This document shows positions 10,221 to 20,266 of a stretch of 64,000 nucleotides of DNA, one piece after another. A program made the position numbers and the translations under genes. Numbering within the stretch: the first letter of the stretch is position 1; every line of letters begins with the position of its first letter. The stretch comes from Alphaproteobacteria bacterium. Its GTDB lineage: Bacteria; Pseudomonadota; Alphaproteobacteria; GCA-2731375. The stretch covers positions 32,001 through 96,000 of the forward strand of contig CBDDBZ010000038.1 in NCBI GenBank assembly GCA_965225945.1. The letters are read 5' to 3'. A model generated the notes under the pieces. That model was given only the letters and a program-made list of their open reading frames with translations, was not told the DNA's origin and ran no database searches.

Positions 10221-11235
10221 GGCCTTCGAGCAGAAGGGCGAAACGGTCGAGCATCCGGCCCGCGTCTTCCAGACGTCGCCGCGCGATGCCGTCGGCGACC
10301 TCGGCAGAACGGACATGGACGAGCCGCCGTCGGCCCTCGGGCAGGAACGGGTTCAGCATGATCAGGCACCAACGAAGCGCGAACAGCGGCAGCAGCGCCT
10401 CCAGCCGGCTGGCGAGCCCGGGCTGATCCTCGAACAGCGCCAAGGCGTCGGCGCGGAAACGTGCCCGGAGCGGCGGCGCCAGGCGCATCGCCGGATGCAG
10501 TTCGAAGTCGGCGATCAGCTTCACCGGATCGTCCCAGCCGAAATATTCGAAATCGAGGAACACCAGGCTCCGGTCGGGGCGGCGGAGCGCGTTGTGAAAA
10601 CCGAAATCGGAGGGCGAGAGAACGCGGTCCCCCAGGGCGATTTCGCCATCGAAGTCGATGCCGGCGCGCTCCAGCCAGCGCCGGGCCTGGGCCACCAGGT
10701 CGTCGCGCGCGGGCCCTAGGCGGTGCTGGAGGAAGGCGTCGAGGTCGCGGTCGCCGACGGCCTCAAAGCGCCTGCGTCGTCGATCGATCTGGCACACGAT
10801 CTCGGCCCCGGACAGGCAGGCTTCCGAGGCGAGCGGTAGGTCCAGCGCGCCCGCTTCACCGCCCACCCTTCGAAGCGCCCGGATGAAGCCGATCACCGCG
10901 CGGAAGTCCCGTTCGCTCGGCGCGGCGACCGTCTCGCCGTCGATCCAGTCGTAGATCGCCGCTCCCTCGCCGGCGTCGGCGGCGACGGGGCGTGGGACCT
11001 GCCTGACGCCGTGGCGCCAGAGGAAATCCAGGCCGCCGAACTCGACCCCCAGGCGGTCGCGTCGGTCGGCGGCCTCCCGGAGATAGGTCTTGAGGGCATA
11101 GCGCCGGCCGTCGCCGGCGTGCAGCGAATAGAGCCGATTGTTGCCGCCGGCGCCGATCCGGGTCAGGCCGCGAACCTCGGCGCCGAGCAGCGCCTCGGCC
11201 CGGCGTCTCAAGTCCTCGCCCTCAAGCGGCGGCAT
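10186..11235 (-). CDS. APH/choline-kinase-like phosphotransferase
   Basis: GGNNRLY, LSPSDFGFHN, FLDFEYFGWDDP. Confidence 0.85.
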   Translation of the reverse strand: MPPLEGEDLRRRAEALLGAEVRGLTRIGAGGNNRLYSLHAGDGRRYALKTYLREAADRRDRLGVEFGGLDFLWRHGVRQVPRPVAADAGEGAAIYDWIDGETVAAPSERDFRAVIGFIRALRRVGGEAGALDLPLASEACLSGAEIVCQIDRRRRRFEAVGDRDLDAFLQHRLGPARDDLVAQARRWLERAGIDFDGEIALGDRVLSPSDFGFHNALRRPDRSLVFLDFEYFGWDDPVKLIADFELHPAMRLAPPLRARFRADALALFEDQPGLASRLEALLPLFALRWCLIMLNPFLPEGRRRLVHVRSAEVADGIARRRLEDAGRMLDRFALLLEGHDHDSRTASYV

Positions 11236-11841
11236 CGAAAAGCTCCAAGTCCGCGATCTCGCGCCATCCGCGCACCCGGCGCCAAGGGCGCTGGCCACCG
11301 ATGCCGTGAGGGTCGAATAGGATTGCCGTCGTCTCCGTCGGGAAACCGGGCTCCAGGAAGACTTCCTCCAAATCGTCGATGAAGACGTCGCAGTCGAGGC
11401 GCCGGATGCAGGCGAGTTCTCGTCGCGGGTGTCGTTGAAGTGAATGTCGGAGGGCCGCAGCGGGGCGCCCTCGCCGCCGACGAGACCGCTGGCGGAAAGC
11501 CAGTCGCGGGCCGTCCGGCGTAGATCGACGGCGAGCGGATCGTCGGGCGAGATCCGGGTCTTGTGGCTGGCGACGAAGATATCCGCGCCGGCCCGCCGCC
11601 AGACGCCCAGCACCTCGGCGGCGCCGTCGAAGAGGGTGGCGCGGCGCATATGTCGGCCGTAAGCCAGCGCCTGCAGCCGGCGCCACGACATCTCGCCCTC
11701 CGGCAACGCGCGAACCGCCTCGCACACGCCCCGCTTGCCGCCCGCCGGCGGCACGCCCAGCAGCCCTTGCTCCACGGCGAGCTCGCCGAAGAGCACATCG
11801 TAGCGAGCGAGCGTATTGTCGAAATCGACGCCGATCCGCAT
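11222..11841 (-). pseudogene. HAD-like hydrolase with 1-nt frameshift near 11417
   Basis: N-terminal IGVDFDNT in one frame, FIDDLEEVF in another; GAG AAC TC reads as GAG AAA CTC with one A missing. Confidence 0.75.
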
Positions 11842-11860
11842 CTCCGCCCCGCGAAGCCGG

Positions 11861-11905
11861 TTAACCATGCCCGAAGCTACGGGCGCGCGGTTAAGAAGGG
11901 CTTAA
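11861..11905 (-). promoter_or_regulatory. CtrA box TTAA-N7-TTAAC (11890-11905) plus TTAACCAT half-site (11861-11868)
   Basis: Minus strand TTAAGCCCTTCTTAAC about 50 bp upstream of the operon's first codon; TTAA is rare at this GC content. Confidence 0.7.
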
Positions 11906-11983
11906 GGGCGGGAGAGAGGGCCGGCGATGGCGCCAAAAGCCGGAGATGGCCACGTTTCGATCGGTCCCCGAGCCCCTCGCCCG

Positions 11984-13207
11984 TCACTCGCCGCGCAGGA
12001 GATCGCAAAGCGCGAGCGCCACCACCCGGGTCGCCGCGTCGAGATCGGCCAGCGACAGCTTTTCGTCCGCCCGGTGGGCGTTGGCCTCGAGCAAGCTGCG
12101 CGGCCCGGCCCCGTAGAGCACGGTGGGGATGCCGCGCTCGGCGTAGTGGCGGGCATCGCTGTAGAGCGGCACGCCGCAGGTTCGGACCTCGAGGCCGAGA
12201 ATTTCCCGGGCCCGCGCCGCCAGGGGGTCGACCAGCCGTTCGTGACCGGGAAGCGGCGTCAGCGGCCGGGCCAGCATCACCCGGCGGATCGTCGTCTCCA
12301 CGCCCGGGACCCCACGCGCCGCGGCCTCGATGAGGCGCTGGAGTTCGGCCTCGACGGCCTCCGCGTCCTCCTCGGGGATGATCCGTCGGTCGAGCCGCAA
12401 GGTCACCTTGTCCGGCACCACGTTGGTGTTGATGCCGCCCTCGATCAGCCCGACGACGAGATTGGGTTGCCCGATCCCGGGGACGGCGGAAGCCCGTTCG
12501 CCATAGCCGCGTCGTTCCGCGTATAGGGCACCGAGGACGGCGCTGGCGGCTTCCAGCGCGTCGACGCCGGAGGACGGATCGGCGGCGTGGGCGGAGCGGC
12601 CGCGAAGCTCGACCTCGAGATGAAGACAGCCGTTGTGGGCGGAGACGACGGCATAGGAGAAACCGGCGCAGAGCGCCAGGTCCGGGGCGCTGATCGCTTC
12701 GTCAAGCAACCATTTCGGCCCGATCGCGCCGCCCGCCTCTTCGTCGTAGGTGACGTGGATCTCAATTCCGCCGCCGAGCCGTTCGGCCACCCCCTCCAGC
12801 GCCAGGAGGGCGAAGACGTAGGTCGCGATATCGGACTTGGAGACCGCGACGCCACGGCCGTACATCTCGCCCTCGACGACCTCGGCGCCGTAGGGATCCA
12901 GGCTCCAGCCCTCGCCCGGCGGCACGACGTCGCCATGGGCGTTGAGCGCCACCGTCGGCCCGTCGCCGAAGCGCCGGCGGACGATGAGGTTGGTGGCGCT
13001 CTCCATGCCATGGGCGCGGCAGAGCGCCGCCGGCACCGGGTGGCTTTCGACCTCGAGGCCCAGCGCCGCGATCAGCTCGGCCGTGCGTGCGCCGTGCCGG
13101 GCACAGTCGCCCGGCGGGTTGTCGGACGCCACGCGCACCAATTCGGCCAGGAACGCCACTTGCTCACCCGCCCGCGCATCGATCCGCGCCAGGATCTCGT
13201 CTTCCAT
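11984..13207 (-). CDS. M20 family metallopeptidase/deacylase (ArgE/DapE-like)
   Basis: NAHGDVVPPG, YGRG, DEE, AHRADE. Confidence 0.9.
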   Translation of the reverse strand: MEDEILARIDARAGEQVAFLAELVRVASDNPPGDCARHGARTAELIAALGLEVESHPVPAALCRAHGMESATNLIVRRRFGDGPTVALNAHGDVVPPGEGWSLDPYGAEVVEGEMYGRGVAVSKSDIATYVFALLALEGVAERLGGGIEIHVTYDEEAGGAIGPKWLLDEAISAPDLALCAGFSYAVVSAHNGCLHLEVELRGRSAHAADPSSGVDALEAASAVLGALYAERRGYGERASAVPGIGQPNLVVGLIEGGINTNVVPDKVTLRLDRRIIPEEDAEAVEAELQRLIEAAARGVPGVETTIRRVMLARPLTPLPGHERLVDPLAARAREILGLEVRTCGVPLYSDARHYAERGIPTVLYGAGPRSLLEANAHRADEKLSLADLDAATRVVALALCDLLRGE

Positions 13208-13385
13208 GCCCCCACCGGTCACCGTCATGCCCCGAAGCGCGGGTGGGCGAGTCTATATGTCTGGCCGAAATGTCGCCATCGGCGACTTTATGGGGCGCTC
13301 GCCGCCAACAGCACGCCACGCGCGCAAATGTATAGTGTCGGCGAACGCGGTAGCATGCGACGGCACGTGGGGGGCGAAGCTGGCC

Positions 13386-14984
13386 ATGGAATTCGATTAC
13401 ATCGTCGTCGGCACCGGCTCGGCCGGGTCCGTGGTGGCGGCCCGCCTCGCCGAGTTGCGCGACGCCACAATCCTGGTGCTGGAGGCGGGCGGCAAGGATC
13501 TCGACCCTTGGATCCATATCCCCGTCGGCTTCGTCAAGACGCTCAACAGCAAGCGGGTCAATTGGGGCTTCGAAATCGCGCCCGAGGCCTATACCGGCGA
13601 GCGGACGATGTTTCTGGCGCGCGGCAAGGTCCTGGGCGGCTCCAGCTCGATCAACGGCATGCTCTATGTCCGGGGCAACGCCCGCGACTACGACGATTGG
13701 GCGCAGATGGGAAACCAGGGCTGGTCCTACGAGGACGTGCTGCCCTATTTCAAGAAGACCGAGCGGCGCAAGGAGGGCGCCGACGCCTACCGGGGCGGCG
13801 AGGGCCCGCTCGCCATCACCGAGTTTCCGGAACGCTACGAGCTGATGGACGCCGTGCTACGGGCGGGCGAGGAACTGGGCTATCCCGCCAACCCCGACTA
13901 CAACGGCGAACGCCAGGAGGGCTTCGCCTACTACCAGGTGACGCAGAAGAACGGCGTCCGGCACAGCGCCTATCGAGCGTTCCTGAAGCCGGCGCTCGAG
14001 CGCGGCAATATCGAGCTCGTGACCAATGCCATGGCGCTCCGCGTGGTGCTGGCGGAAGGCCGCGCCAGCGCTGTCGTCTTCGAGCGGGGTGGTGCCATCG
14101 AGATCGCCACGGCGCGGCGCGAGGTGATCGTCTGCGCCGGCGCGGTGCAGTCGCCGCAGTTGCTGGAACTCTCCGGCATCGGTGATCCGGCGCGGCTGTC
14201 GGCGATCGGCATCACGCCGAAGCATGAGCTGGCGGGGGTCGGCGAAAACTATATCGACCACTACATGGTCCGGCCGAGCTGGCGGATCAATCGGCCCATC
14301 ACCCTGAACGAAGTCCGCCGCCCCTTGCCCCTGCTGAAGGAGGCGTTGCGCTATGCCTTCGCCCGCAAGGGCCTGCTGACGGTGCCGACGGCGCTGATCG
14401 CCGGCTTCGTCAAGAGCCGGCCCGAGTTGGAAGCCCCCGACGTCCAGTTCCACATCGCGCACGCGAGCTACGGCGATCCGATTCTGCGGGATTTCGAAAA
14501 CCAGCCTGGCCTGACCATCGGCGTCTACCAGACCCGGCCGGAAAGCAAGGGCTCGATGCACATCGCCTCGCCCGACCCCCGGACCCAGCCCGTCATCGTC
14601 GGCAATTATCTATCGCTCGACTACGACCGGCAGGTGACCGTGGCGGGCGTTCGGCTCGCCCGCGCGGTGATGGAAACGGTGGCGATGCGCGGCTACGTCG
14701 AGCATGAGGTGACGCCCGGGCCCGAGGTCCGGAGCGACGACGAGATCCTCGACTATTGCCGCCGGGTGGGCATGGCGGTCTACCATCCCGTCGGCACCTG
14801 CAAGATGGGCTCCGACCCGATGGCGGTGGTCGACGACCAGCTTCGGGTGCGCGGGCTGGACGGGCTGCGGGTGATCGACGCCTCGGTGATGCCGACCATA
14901 ACCAACGGCAACACCCACGCGCCGACCATGATGATCGCCGAGCGTGGCGCCGATCTGATCAAGGCGGCGGCGCGGGGCGGCTGA
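13386..14984 (+). CDS. GMC family oxidoreductase (choline dehydrogenase-like)
   Basis: VGTGSAG, GGSSSINGMLYVRG, YHPVGTCKMG, GNTHAP. Confidence 0.92.
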   Translation: MEFDYIVVGTGSAGSVVAARLAELRDATILVLEAGGKDLDPWIHIPVGFVKTLNSKRVNWGFEIAPEAYTGERTMFLARGKVLGGSSSINGMLYVRGNARDYDDWAQMGNQGWSYEDVLPYFKKTERRKEGADAYRGGEGPLAITEFPERYELMDAVLRAGEELGYPANPDYNGERQEGFAYYQVTQKNGVRHSAYRAFLKPALERGNIELVTNAMALRVVLAEGRASAVVFERGGAIEIATARREVIVCAGAVQSPQLLELSGIGDPARLSAIGITPKHELAGVGENYIDHYMVRPSWRINRPITLNEVRRPLPLLKEALRYAFARKGLLTVPTALIAGFVKSRPELEAPDVQFHIAHASYGDPILRDFENQPGLTIGVYQTRPESKGSMHIASPDPRTQPVIVGNYLSLDYDRQVTVAGVRLARAVMETVAMRGYVEHEVTPGPEVRSDDEILDYCRRVGMAVYHPVGTCKMGSDPMAVVDDQLRVRGLDGLRVIDASVMPTITNGNTHAPTMMIAERGADLIKAAARGG

Positions 14985-15029
14985 GGCACCGTCCCGCGCG
15001 CCGGCCTCGGGGGTTTTCGAGTCGGACCG

Positions 15030-15356
15030 TCAGGTCACGGAGGAGAAGCTGGTCGGCAGCAGGATCTGGTTGGCGACGGAGGCGACGATGGCGCCGTCCT
15101 TCTCCGTCTCGGCCCGCTTCTCCTGCCATTCCGGGTCGGCCATGAAGGCGGTCCACTTTTCGTCCCGCTCGGCGAGCGAAACCCAGGCGAGCAGGTAATA
15201 GAGGTCCTGATTGCTCTCGCCGATGCCGACGGTCCAGAAGCCGGCCTGGCGGATGCCGTGGCGTTCCCAGATTCCGAGCGTGATGGTGTCGAAACGATTG
15301 AGCAGCGCCGGCAGCCGTCCCGGCACGCAGTGGTAAACGCGCAGTTCGTAGATCAT
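15030..15356 (-). CDS. NIPSNAP family protein
   Basis: MIYELRVY..PGRLPALLNRF..W..F..DPEW. Confidence 0.9.
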   Translation of the reverse strand: MIYELRVYHCVPGRLPALLNRFDTITLGIWERHGIRQAGFWTVGIGESNQDLYYLLAWVSLAERDEKWTAFMADPEWQEKRAETEKDGAIVASVANQILLPTSFSSVT

Positions 15357-15480
15357 TCGTCCTTCCCTCCCGAAGCGTGGTCTCGTCCGACGCGGTTATG
15401 TTGATCGCCGGGTCGACAAATTGATAGTGTTATTCCTGAGCTTCACGCCGCCCTCGGCGGCAACCGGAGGAACATGGGGT

Positions 15481-16311
15481 ATGCGCATCGAGGAATCGCG
15501 TTTTGAGGCGGGCGGGGTCGCCTTCATCGTGCGTCACGAGCAGTGGGACGCCAACATTCACAGCCACGCCGACCAGGGCGCCATCATCGAGGTGACCGGG
15601 CCCCTCGACGGGCGCGAGGTGGCGCTGCTGCGCTTCAACTGCTGCGACGTCGAGCGGAGCTACGTCTACGATCCCGAGGGCGAGAACAAGATCTGTCGCA
15701 TGGACCCGATCGTCGACGGCAACCCCGTCGGCTGGTCGGTGCGCCAAATGCGGGAGCGGCTCGGCGCCATGCTGCGCCGCGCCGGCCACGAGGCGGTGGC
15801 CGACGGCCTCGACGCTCGCGCCATCGCCTCCGTCCTGGACGAGGTCGAGGGCGCCGCCCGCGAGGCCTACATCAAGGGGCGGCAGACGGTGAAGCACAAC
15901 CGGGGCACCGATATCTTCGAGGCCGGCAACATCCGCTTCGGCCTGGAGCTGCGCGACCTCGCCAATGGCGACGGCGGCCTGGCGATCCACGTGCTGTCGG
16001 ACCTGGTCGGCACGACCGGCGACGCTTACGCCGAGGAGACCGAGATCCTGGCCTTCGACTGCTTCCGCGAGGAGCCGCACTACCACTACGGGCCGCGCAA
16101 CAAGAACCACCGGATTTACTTCGACAAGACGGTGATCCCGGATCCGTTGGAGTGGACGCTCGACGTCCTCAAGTCCGGCAAGTTGAAGCCGATGATCGAC
16201 GCCGCCGGCTATCCGGGCGTCGCCGCCGACCTGGACGAGGGCCTGGTCGGCTCGCTGCTGCCGGCGCTCGAGACCCGCGCGCGCGAGATGCAGCCCAAGG
16301 CCGAGGCATAG
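15481..16311 (+). CDS. Hypothetical protein with two tandem homologous domains
   Basis: LLRFNCCDVERSYVYDP vs ILAFDCFREEPHYHYGP; clean host-like codon usage. Confidence 0.7.
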   Translation: MRIEESRFEAGGVAFIVRHEQWDANIHSHADQGAIIEVTGPLDGREVALLRFNCCDVERSYVYDPEGENKICRMDPIVDGNPVGWSVRQMRERLGAMLRRAGHEAVADGLDARAIASVLDEVEGAAREAYIKGRQTVKHNRGTDIFEAGNIRFGLELRDLANGDGGLAIHVLSDLVGTTGDAYAEETEILAFDCFREEPHYHYGPRNKNHRIYFDKTVIPDPLEWTLDVLKSGKLKPMIDAAGYPGVAADLDEGLVGSLLPALETRAREMQPKAEA

Positions 16312-16334
16312 GGCCAGCTACGGGGGCTTTCGAG

Positions 16335-17606
16335 TTAGCCTCCGAGGGCCGGGCCTCGAGCCTCCCGCAACAGCGCCTCCGCCGCCGTCCGGCCCGAGCG
16401 GGCGGCGGCCTCGATGGTTGCCGGCAGCGCCGTCGCCGTCCAATCGCCCGCCAACACGAGATTTTCGAACCTGGTCTCGCTCGGCGGGCGTCGCCGCTCC
16501 ATCGCCGGCGTCTGGACGATGGTGGCGCGGCGTTCCTTGACCACGCGGTAGGGGGGCGGTGGCTCTCCCGCATCACGGCCGAGCGCCGCCGCGACGTCGC
16601 GCCAGATCTCGGCGGCGAGATCCTCCGCGCGCTCGTCGAGCAGACGGTTGCCGGCGCTGACGGAGACGGAAATCACATCGTCGCGCTGGAACAGCCACTC
16701 CGCCGTGCCGCCGAGGAGGCCGAGGAAGGGCAGTTCCGGGTCGAGCCCGTCGCCGTCTTCCAGCAGGTAATGGATGTTGATGATGGCGCTGAAGGCGTCG
16801 GGATAGCCGCCCTGGCCCAAGAGCGCCGCCGCGACGGCCGCCGGAACCGCGAGGACCACGGCGTCGCCCAGCGCGACCGCGACCCGGTCCTCGGCGAAGT
16901 CCAGCGTCTCGACCCGCCCGGCGCTGGTCTCGATGGCGCGGAGCCGGACGCCGAAGCGGACTTCGGCTCCGCGCGCCCGGAGCAGCGCGACCACCGGCTC
17001 GGCGATCGCCGCCGAAAGACCACCCGGGGCCAGGATCGGCCGCGAGGCGGCCTCCCCCTTCCCCAGGGTCTCGCGCACCACCGCCCAGAGCCCGCGCGCG
17101 CTGCCCGCCGCCGCCTCGACGTTGAGCACGGCGTGCGCCAGCGGCTCCCAGAGACGCGTGAACCGGGCCGAGCGGATATCGAGGCGATCGCCCACCGCGT
17201 CGTCCGGGCCCGAGCGGGCCAAGCGGAACATGTCGAACGCCAAGCCCCAGGGACCGACGTCGGGCGGCAGGCGGTCGCTCTCGAACAGCGCGGCGAGGCC
17301 CGGGGCCAGCGTCCAACGCACGCCGCTCGCCAGATCGAGGAAAGGAAAGCGGGCGGGCCTGAGTTCGCGAATGTGCTCGCCCGCGCCGGCGGAAGCGATC
17401 AATCCGAGCACCGTCCGGTTGCCGGAGAGGATCAGATGGCTGCCGTTGTCGATAACCCGGCCGAGACGGGGGTCGAAATAGGAGCGACAGCGCCCGCCCG
17501 CTCGGCTCGCCGCTTCGTGCAGGACGACCGGGCGGCCGGCGGCGCTCAAGCGCTCGGCGGCGGCGAGGCCGGCGATGCCCGCGCCGACGACGTGGACCCG
17601 GCTCAC
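16335..17606 (-). CDS. hpnE: Hydroxysqualene dehydroxylase HpnE
   Basis: VGAGIAGL, GGRCRSY, IDNGSHL, LAGDWT..LPATIE; GTGA overlap with hpnC. Confidence 0.85.
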   Translation of the reverse strand: MSRVHVVGAGIAGLAAAERLSAAGRPVVLHEAASRAGGRCRSYFDPRLGRVIDNGSHLILSGNRTVLGLIASAGAGEHIRELRPARFPFLDLASGVRWTLAPGLAALFESDRLPPDVGPWGLAFDMFRLARSGPDDAVGDRLDIRSARFTRLWEPLAHAVLNVEAAAGSARGLWAVVRETLGKGEAASRPILAPGGLSAAIAEPVVALLRARGAEVRFGVRLRAIETSAGRVETLDFAEDRVAVALGDAVVLAVPAAVAAALLGQGGYPDAFSAIINIHYLLEDGDGLDPELPFLGLLGGTAEWLFQRDDVISVSVSAGNRLLDERAEDLAAEIWRDVAAALGRDAGEPPPPYRVVKERRATIVQTPAMERRRPPSETRFENLVLAGDWTATALPATIEAAARSGRTAAEALLREARGPALGG

Positions 17607-18454
17607 CGACGCAGGATGCCGGCGAGGATGCCGGCGAGGCCGGCGGCGAGGCGCGCCGGCCCGGCCAACTCCACCCGCTCGGCCAGGGGATCGCGCCGGC
17701 GCAACGCATCGCGCAGCCGCTCCGCCAAGCTCACGATCACTGCCGATTCGAGTGCCAAGCGACGGTGGCGCATACGCCTCGCCAACGGCGCCGCCTCGAT
17801 GAGCAGCGCGTCGACGCGATCCAAGACCAGGTCGAGGACGCGGCGAAGCTGCTCGTCGGCGCGCGGGGCCAGCAGATCGTCGGGCGTCAGCCCTTCTGCC
17901 GTAAGCCAATCGAGCGGGATGTAGAGGCGCCTGATTTGGCGCCAATCCTCGCCACAATCCTGCAGGTGATTGAGGATCTGCAAGGCCGTGCAGAGCGCGT
18001 CGGAGGCCGTGACCGGCGCCTCGGTCTCGCCGTGGAGCGCCATCAGGTAGCGACCGACCGGCACCGCCGAATAGCGGCAGTATTCGATCAAGTCGTCCCA
18101 ATTCCGGCAGGGCTCGTTGATCGCGTCGCGTCGAAAGGCGGTGAGCAGCCGGCGGGCGAAGCTGGCGTCGACGCCGCTCGCCGCCAGGCTCTCGGCGAGC
18201 CGGACGGCGGGCAGGCACCAGTCCTCGGCCGTCTCCGTGCCGACCAGCGCCGCTTCCAAGCGGTCGAGATAGCCGAGCTTCTCCTCCCGCTCCAAATCGG
18301 GGTTGTCAGCGATGTCGTCCGCCAGGCGCACGAAGCGATAGAAGGCCATGACATGCGGTCGTAGCGCCGCCGGCAGCAATAGGGAGGCGACGGGAAAGTT
18401 CTCTTCCCCGTGCGTCTTCACGGCTATTGGGCCGTCGCCGGCGATGACGCTCAT
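17603..18454 (-). CDS. hpnC: Squalene synthase HpnC
   Basis: ENFPVAS, ADDIAD, YCRYSA.PVGR, LQILNHLQD. Confidence 0.9.
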   Translation of the reverse strand: MSVIAGDGPIAVKTHGEENFPVASLLLPAALRPHVMAFYRFVRLADDIADNPDLEREEKLGYLDRLEAALVGTETAEDWCLPAVRLAESLAASGVDASFARRLLTAFRRDAINEPCRNWDDLIEYCRYSAVPVGRYLMALHGETEAPVTASDALCTALQILNHLQDCGEDWRQIRRLYIPLDWLTAEGLTPDDLLAPRADEQLRRVLDLVLDRVDALLIEAAPLARRMRHRRLALESAVIVSLAERLRDALRRRDPLAERVELAGPARLAAGLAGILAGILRR

Positions 18455-18871
18455 GACCCGCTCCAATGGCCGTCCGGGAGGGCGCGCATCATAGCGCCAA
18501 ATTATCGAGATGCGCTGTTGCTTTGCGACCACGCGGCCCGACGAGGCATGATCGCGGAGATTTGAGGTTGCGGTATCGGCAATCTCTCGGCAATACTCCC
18601 GCCGGCGTGCGAGCTTCACTCGGGTTCGGGGGCGTGCACGCGGCGCGCGACGGGGGGTTTCTCCCGCGCGGGGGGCGGCCGGCCGGAATTCCTTGGAAGA
18701 TCTCGGCGCGCGTTGCGGTGCTGGAACCCGAGTGGGAGGAACATGCGAGGGGCGTGATCGAGACGTCGAGTGTCGTGGTCGAAAGCCGATCCGAGGGCCC
18801 GTGTCGTCAGATACCTCGTAGGTGCCTCCTCGCCATATAGGCGATCCGACGACAACAGCGAGGGTGGCGAG

Positions 18872-20251
18872 ATGGAGGCACTGCAGTACTTTATCGAGGA
18901 TTACCTGCCGATCTTCATGTTCGCCACCCTGGCGATGCTGCTGTTCACCGGCTATCCGGTCGCCTTCATCCTGGGTGGCGTGGCCTTCGTGTTCGGCATG
19001 CTCGGTTGGTTCTTCGATATGTTCGCCCTGATCGAGTTCTTCAACTTCGTGCCTCGAATCTGGGGCACGGCGGCGGAGAACCTGGTGCTGGTCGCGGTGC
19101 CGTGCTTCGTCTTCATGGGCATCATGATGGAACGAAGCGGTATCGCCAACGATCTGCTCTATACCTGTCAGGTGCTGTTGAAGCGGGTGCCGGGCGGGCT
19201 CGCGCTCTCGGTCACGATCATGGGCACGATCCTGGCCGCGATGACCGGCATCATCGGCGCCTCGGTGACGATGATGACGGCGCTGGCGCTGCCGACCATG
19301 CTGCGCCAGCGCTACAGCCACGGTCTGGCGACGGGCGTGATCGCGGCGTCGGGGACGCTCGGCATCCTCATACCGCCCTCGATCATGCTGATCATCATGG
19401 CCGACCTGTTGTCGATTTCGGTCGGCACCCTCTTCATGTCGGCGCTGATACCCGGCCTCTGTCTCGCCGTGCTTTATTTGATTTACGTCACGACGATCGC
19501 CTGCCTGCGGCCCAGCGTGGCGCCGCCGCTGCCGCCCGATCTGCTCTACGTGCCGCGCAACGAGTTGCCGAAGCTCCTGTTCAGGAGCTTCTTCCCGCCG
19601 GTATTTCTGATCGGTATGATCAAGGGGGCGATTCTGTTCGGCTGGGCGACGCCCAGCGAGGCCGGCGCGGTCGGGGCCTTCGGCGCGAGCCTGCTCGCTT
19701 TCATGAACGGCCGGCTGGGCTTTGAGACGATCAAGGGCGTGTGCTTATCGGCGGCCCTGACGATTTCCTTCATCTTCTTCATCGTCATCAGCGCCACCTG
19801 CTTCGCCTATGTCTTCCGCTCGCTGGGCGGCGACGACATCGTGGAGGGGTTGATCTTCGCCGCCGGTCTGGATTCCTGGGGCCTTCTGTTCCTTATCATG
19901 GGCGTCGTCTTCGCCCTCGGCTTCTTCCTCGACTGGCTGGAGATCACGCTGATCATCCTGCCCGTCTTCGCCGGCATGATCGTCGAAATGGAATTCGGCG
20001 ATCACGTGCCCGAGGCGGCGATGGTTTACTGGTTCACGGTGCTGATCGCGATCAACCTGCAGACCTCGTTCCTGACCCCGCCGTTCGGCTTCGCGCTGTT
20101 TTACCTGAAGGGCATCGCGCCGAAGGAGATCAAGATCGAGAGTATCTATCTGGGCATCATTCCCTTCGTCCTGCTGCAACTTGTGGGTCTGATCGTCGTC
20201 ATCACGTTCCCCCAGGTGGCTCTCTGGCTGCCACACGTGGTTTACGGCTGA
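18872..20251 (+). CDS. dctM: TRAP transporter large permease
   Basis: GTLGILIPPS, NLQTSFLTPPFG. Confidence 0.9.
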   Translation: MEALQYFIEDYLPIFMFATLAMLLFTGYPVAFILGGVAFVFGMLGWFFDMFALIEFFNFVPRIWGTAAENLVLVAVPCFVFMGIMMERSGIANDLLYTCQVLLKRVPGGLALSVTIMGTILAAMTGIIGASVTMMTALALPTMLRQRYSHGLATGVIAASGTLGILIPPSIMLIIMADLLSISVGTLFMSALIPGLCLAVLYLIYVTTIACLRPSVAPPLPPDLLYVPRNELPKLLFRSFFPPVFLIGMIKGAILFGWATPSEAGAVGAFGASLLAFMNGRLGFETIKGVCLSAALTISFIFFIVISATCFAYVFRSLGGDDIVEGLIFAAGLDSWGLLFLIMGVVFALGFFLDWLEITLIILPVFAGMIVEMEFGDHVPEAAMVYWFTVLIAINLQTSFLTPPFGFALFYLKGIAPKEIKIESIYLGIIPFVLLQLVGLIVVITFPQVALWLPHVVYG

Positions 20252-20266
20252 TAGGAGGGCATCGCG

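Noticed and set aside
10186-11868. 560-aa HAD-kinase fusion
   Set aside because: Artefact of a frameshift; two separate genes.
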